In this document: one piece after another, positions 59,900-64,000 of the stretch
How positions within the stretch are numbered: position 1 is the first letter of the stretch
Layout: each line of letters starts with the position of its first letter
NCBI RefSeq assembly: GCF_009914755.1
Contig: NC_060931.1
Origin: the human T2T-CHM13v2.0 reference genome, Homo sapiens
Length of the DNA: 64,000 nt
Reading direction: 5' to 3' (one strand)
Position numbers and translations under genes: made by a program
Notes under the pieces: generated by a model
Databases searched by the model: none
Told to the model about the DNA's origin: nothing
Seen by the model: only the letters and a program-made list of their open reading frames with translations

Positions 59900-62800
59900 A
59901 ATGGTCAAGAAATATCTAAACGTATGTACCAAAAATTTGTGTATACTACTGTACCAATAAACCATTTGTTTCCATTTGATCTCTGAGTGTGGTAATACAT
60001 GTTATTTGCCCTGCTGTTGTAAATAAACAAACCAAATGGAGGCTTGATGCAAGATGCAGTGTAGCATAGTGCCAACTCTGGACTCCGACTACTCAGGGTG
60101 TAAATTCTAACTCTGTTCTATTAACACCATGAAACTGAGCAAGTTAGTTAAAACTCGCTGGGCCCATTTTCTCATTTATACAATGGAGATTTTAATAGTA
60201 CAGCTACATAGGCCATTTTGTGGTTTAAAATACATCATGATTATGAAACACTTAATGTAGGGCTTGCTACATAATGAGCAAGGTTTGTTGCTGTTATCAT
60301 TAATATCCTTAATTCTCATTATTATAAAACTTGAGATAGTATGAGGTGAACAAGTTCATAACAGCAATATAATGAAAATTTTAATAATTCCTTTTATACT
60401 TTAACAAAAATACGAGATTGGGTAATTTATTATTTTTACATGAGTAATAAATATTGCATTAAAATATATTTAAAATTTACCACATTAATGTCTGCCAGTC
60501 ATGCCAAATGACCAACATGAATGTGAATAAAACTCAGTCTGTGCCCATTTAATCTTAACCAACCCTTTATAATTGTTAATGATTTGAACCTCTGCCTTGA
60601 AAGATCACATTACTTGATTGTCTTCAACTTATCTGAATGTGGTAGTGATTTCTGTAAATTTATAGGACCTTTGTCTCATGCAGCTCCATGGAGTTGAACT
60701 TATGCACCTTTAAAATGGTATATACTTAATTAATTAAGTGTTGATCTGCTTCACATGTGTATAATATTATTAGCTCACTAAACCAAGAAAACAGTGGTCC
60801 TTTAGGGAAAGAAACTAAATTACAACAGAGAATATAAATACCATATAAATATCTATTATTTATTGAACTGTCACAATTATTGCAAAAAATTACCTTTTAG
60901 TGGACAAAACAATTGATATTGCCCTTTTCTGGAAAAGAAATAATGTAATATATGATGAATAGTTTTGGCCAGTATCCTCTAGACCTTGCCAGTTAACTGG
61001 CTCTCAAAATTTTGAATAATAAAAACTTGGTGATAGTAGAAAAATAGTAATTTTTTAAAAGTATGTGCACAATTATACAACTAAACAATTCATTCACCAG
61101 TGTTCACAATTCTATTGCCTTCTTTGAATCAAAATTTACATAGTTTTTCTTTTAGACTAAGCTCCTTTATGATACCAGTGTGCCCATTTCTCATTACCAT
61201 TGAAATGTCTCATGAGCATGTCACATTCTGGTACAACTGCTAATCCAGGATGACAGTTTAGTTCTTTTAAATCCAATTGAGAGCCTTCTACTCATGACCA
61301 GAGAACCTAAAGAAAGGTTAAGATACATTTATTCCTTGGTGTAAGTGATTTGTCTATTTTTAGTTTTCCTAAGGGTCATATTTCAATTTAGATTTTTTTT
61401 TATAGGTTAGGTAAAATAGGCTTCCCTTTTGCAATATGAAATATGTAGTCTTTTAAAAAATTTCTTCAAAGCTATTAAACTGAAAAAAAATTAATTTGGT
61501 CTATTCAGTTTGTTAGCACTTACCATTTTGGAAAGAGAGTGACTCTACTTTTGTATTTGGTAACATTTTCCCTACTACAGGGCAGTATCTTTTGTAAGTT
61601 CTTAGATATTAGCACCAAATAAATAGGCAAAAAAAATCTATTATGTTAATTCTTAGAACCCCTGCTTGGCAGTGCATCATTGACTAGATGGAGAAGAAAT
61701 GAAAATAATACATTAGGAAGCAGTTTCCTGGTTCTTTTGAAAACAACTAGAGAGTCTTGTTGTTGACTGGAATATCTGAAGATCCTGTTTAATGCTTTCA
61801 TTCTATGATTGTTAAGAATATGTCATAGAACTGCTGTATCCTGTTTCTTTATGTCTTCCCTTCTGTTTGTTGATTAGAAATCCCTGAGTGGCTTTACATT
61901 ATTAGTACAGTAGATATGTAGTATATTCCCATAATACCACTGCTGCTATTGACTAATAGTAATAATTTTAGGGCAGCTTTATGACAGTTGGTTTATGTTT
62001 TAGGGTGTCATTTGACTTGTGAAGCATTGAAATCTGGGTATTAAGCACACTGTTTTCTATGTGGTATGGAATGATTCTTAAAGCCCTGAGAAAATGGAAA
62101 ATAAAAATATTTTTCCTTTTTACCATAATCACCTATGACTGTCACTCTATCATAAACTGCATAAACTTTATAACCTCAAAACATTTTGGAAATGAAATGA
62201 CAGAACTTGCTTACTCAATTGCTTCTATATACACCAAATATTTTTTTAAAGTATTATGTTAAGTCCTTGAAAATATTTTGTTCTACTCAATAGAAGCAGT
62301 TTAGGTTGGTAGTTCTATGTGGAAACCGTGAGGAAATAATTTTATATTATGATGACTAGACCAGTCTTTGAACATCACTTTGGTTATTGTTCCATTAGTA
62401 AATATTATAATTATTTCTGAGATTTACTCACCTTCAAAGAATGTTGGCAATGCCAGCATTATTAACACTCCTCTAGTTAGAACAAAGAGGAAATGTAATA
62501 ACAAAACATAATAATAGCCAAATAAAGAGTGACTTAGAATGTACACCCTTATCTAGGATCCTGAGTAATTCGATTATTCTTAGGAAATACACTTTTGTGC
62601 TAGAACAAAGACTTTTGAAATAGCTAATTTCTGGGTTTCTTTTCATTTTGAATTAACTTGAATTTCAAGGAAACAAGGGTAGTTTTTACAGATACAGTGC
62701 ATAGAAGCTCTGTGTACAATGAAGAAAAGTAGGAAAGTGAGAAAAATGCCATTAGATTTTTCATCGTTATACTATCTGATATGTGAATTTAACTAAAACT

Positions 62801-63390
62801 TATATACCTCATTATAGTACTTCCTAATGTAATTTCTTAATTTAAGTGTTCCCCATAAGGTTTTTTTTTATATAAACTTAAGTACTGTTAAATATTTAAG
62901 GCAAATTCAGGTATAAAATAAGACTTGTTGATATCTTATTCCAAGCATATTTGTTTCTCTCCTATTTATTTTTATTCTGTGTTCATTTCCAAAATTGTTT
63001 TACTCACAACTGTTTGTTTTTTCTGTTTCATTCTGTGGTAAAGGTATCATTTGGCTAATTGTATAATTTCAGTGTCATTTCTAATATTCCAATTGTGATA
63101 GTATCAACACAAGATTAAATTTCTCTACATGGTTTATGAGAATGGAATGCCAAATTGAAATAGAACAGAGCACAGATGATCTAAATATAAAAAGAACTAC
63201 AAAAATCACAGTTGTTTAAAAAGGTTTTTTGTTTGTTTATATATGGTGCAGAACATTTGTTCCTTAGCCAAATGTTTCCACCTTGAGAAAGCTATAGAGA
63301 TTCTATGTAGTCCTAGTACCAATAATATGTTTTAACCTGAATGTACCTTATCTTTATTCATAAACTGTGACTTTTTACACTGCTGAAACT

Positions 63391-63685
63391 TTTTTTTTTA
63401 AGACAATCTCACTCTGTCGTCCAGTCTGGAGTGCAGCAGTGGTGTGATCTTGGCTCACTGCAACCTCTACCTTCTGTGTTCAAGCAATTCTGGTGCCTCG
63501 GCCACCTGAGTAGTTGGGATCACAGGTGTACACCACCAGGCCTGGCTAATAGTTTTTGATATTTCTAGTAGAGATGAGTTTTGCCACATTGGCCAGGCTG
63601 GCCTGAAACTCCTGGCCTCAAGTGATCTGCCTGCCTTGGCCTCCCAAAGTGTTGGTATTACAAGTGTGAGCCACTGTGCCTGGCC
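63391..63685 (-). mobile_element. Alu (J/S)
   Basis: Antisense dimeric Alu; flanking tgaaact duplication. Confidence 0.9.
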
Positions 63686-64000
63686 TGAAACTCATAATTC
63701 ATTTCCATTAATATTAATCTCACCTTTTCCAATAATTAATTGATTTCACAAGTATTAGTCCCCTATAATCATTGAATGGCTAATAAAATTATTTATAGCA
63801 AACAGATTAATTATCTGCCAGCAGTCTGAGATTAGTTTCTTTAAAAAATGTTTATTATTTAAAACATTCAGCTGTGATCTTGGCTTTCTTGTGAGGTTCA
63901 ATAGTTTCTATTGAGTAAAGGAGAGAAATGGCAGAGAATTTACTTCAGTGAAATTTGAATTCCATTAACTTAATGTGGTCTCATCACAAATAATAGTACT

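Overview
This is human genomic DNA inside the CFTR (ABCC7) gene, + strand. It runs from the end of intron 7 through exons 8-15 (legacy exons 7-14a; c.870-c.2619, about aa 290-873) into intron 15. These exons encode TM5-6, NBD1, the R domain and the start of TMD2. All eight exons have canonical AG/GT boundaries, the expected lengths (247, 93, 183, 192, 95, 87, 724, 129 nt) and an open spliced frame; F508, G542, G551 and R553 are wild type. The rest is AT-rich intron with Alu, L1, L2, MIR, MaLR/ERV9 LTRs, Tigger/MER DNA transposons and STRs. Almost all ORFs in the supplied track are repeat-derived or random. I see no convincing previously undescribed biological system. The points most worth checking are: (i) a TG10-T9 / IVS8CA-23 / M470 haplotype typical of F508del chromosomes, yet with F508 intact; (ii) four latent pseudoexons or poison exons readable directly from the sequence, including a 119-nt exon with a perfect donor; (iii) a candidate minus-strand TATA/CACCC promoter and a minus-strand exon in intron 11 that could belong to an antisense lncRNA; (iv) a sense-oriented LTR12 in intron 15 with CCAAT array, splice donor and polyA signal; (v) a consensus-like AluYa5. 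Variant names and literature links are from memory and need database confirmation; repeat subfamily calls are by eye.
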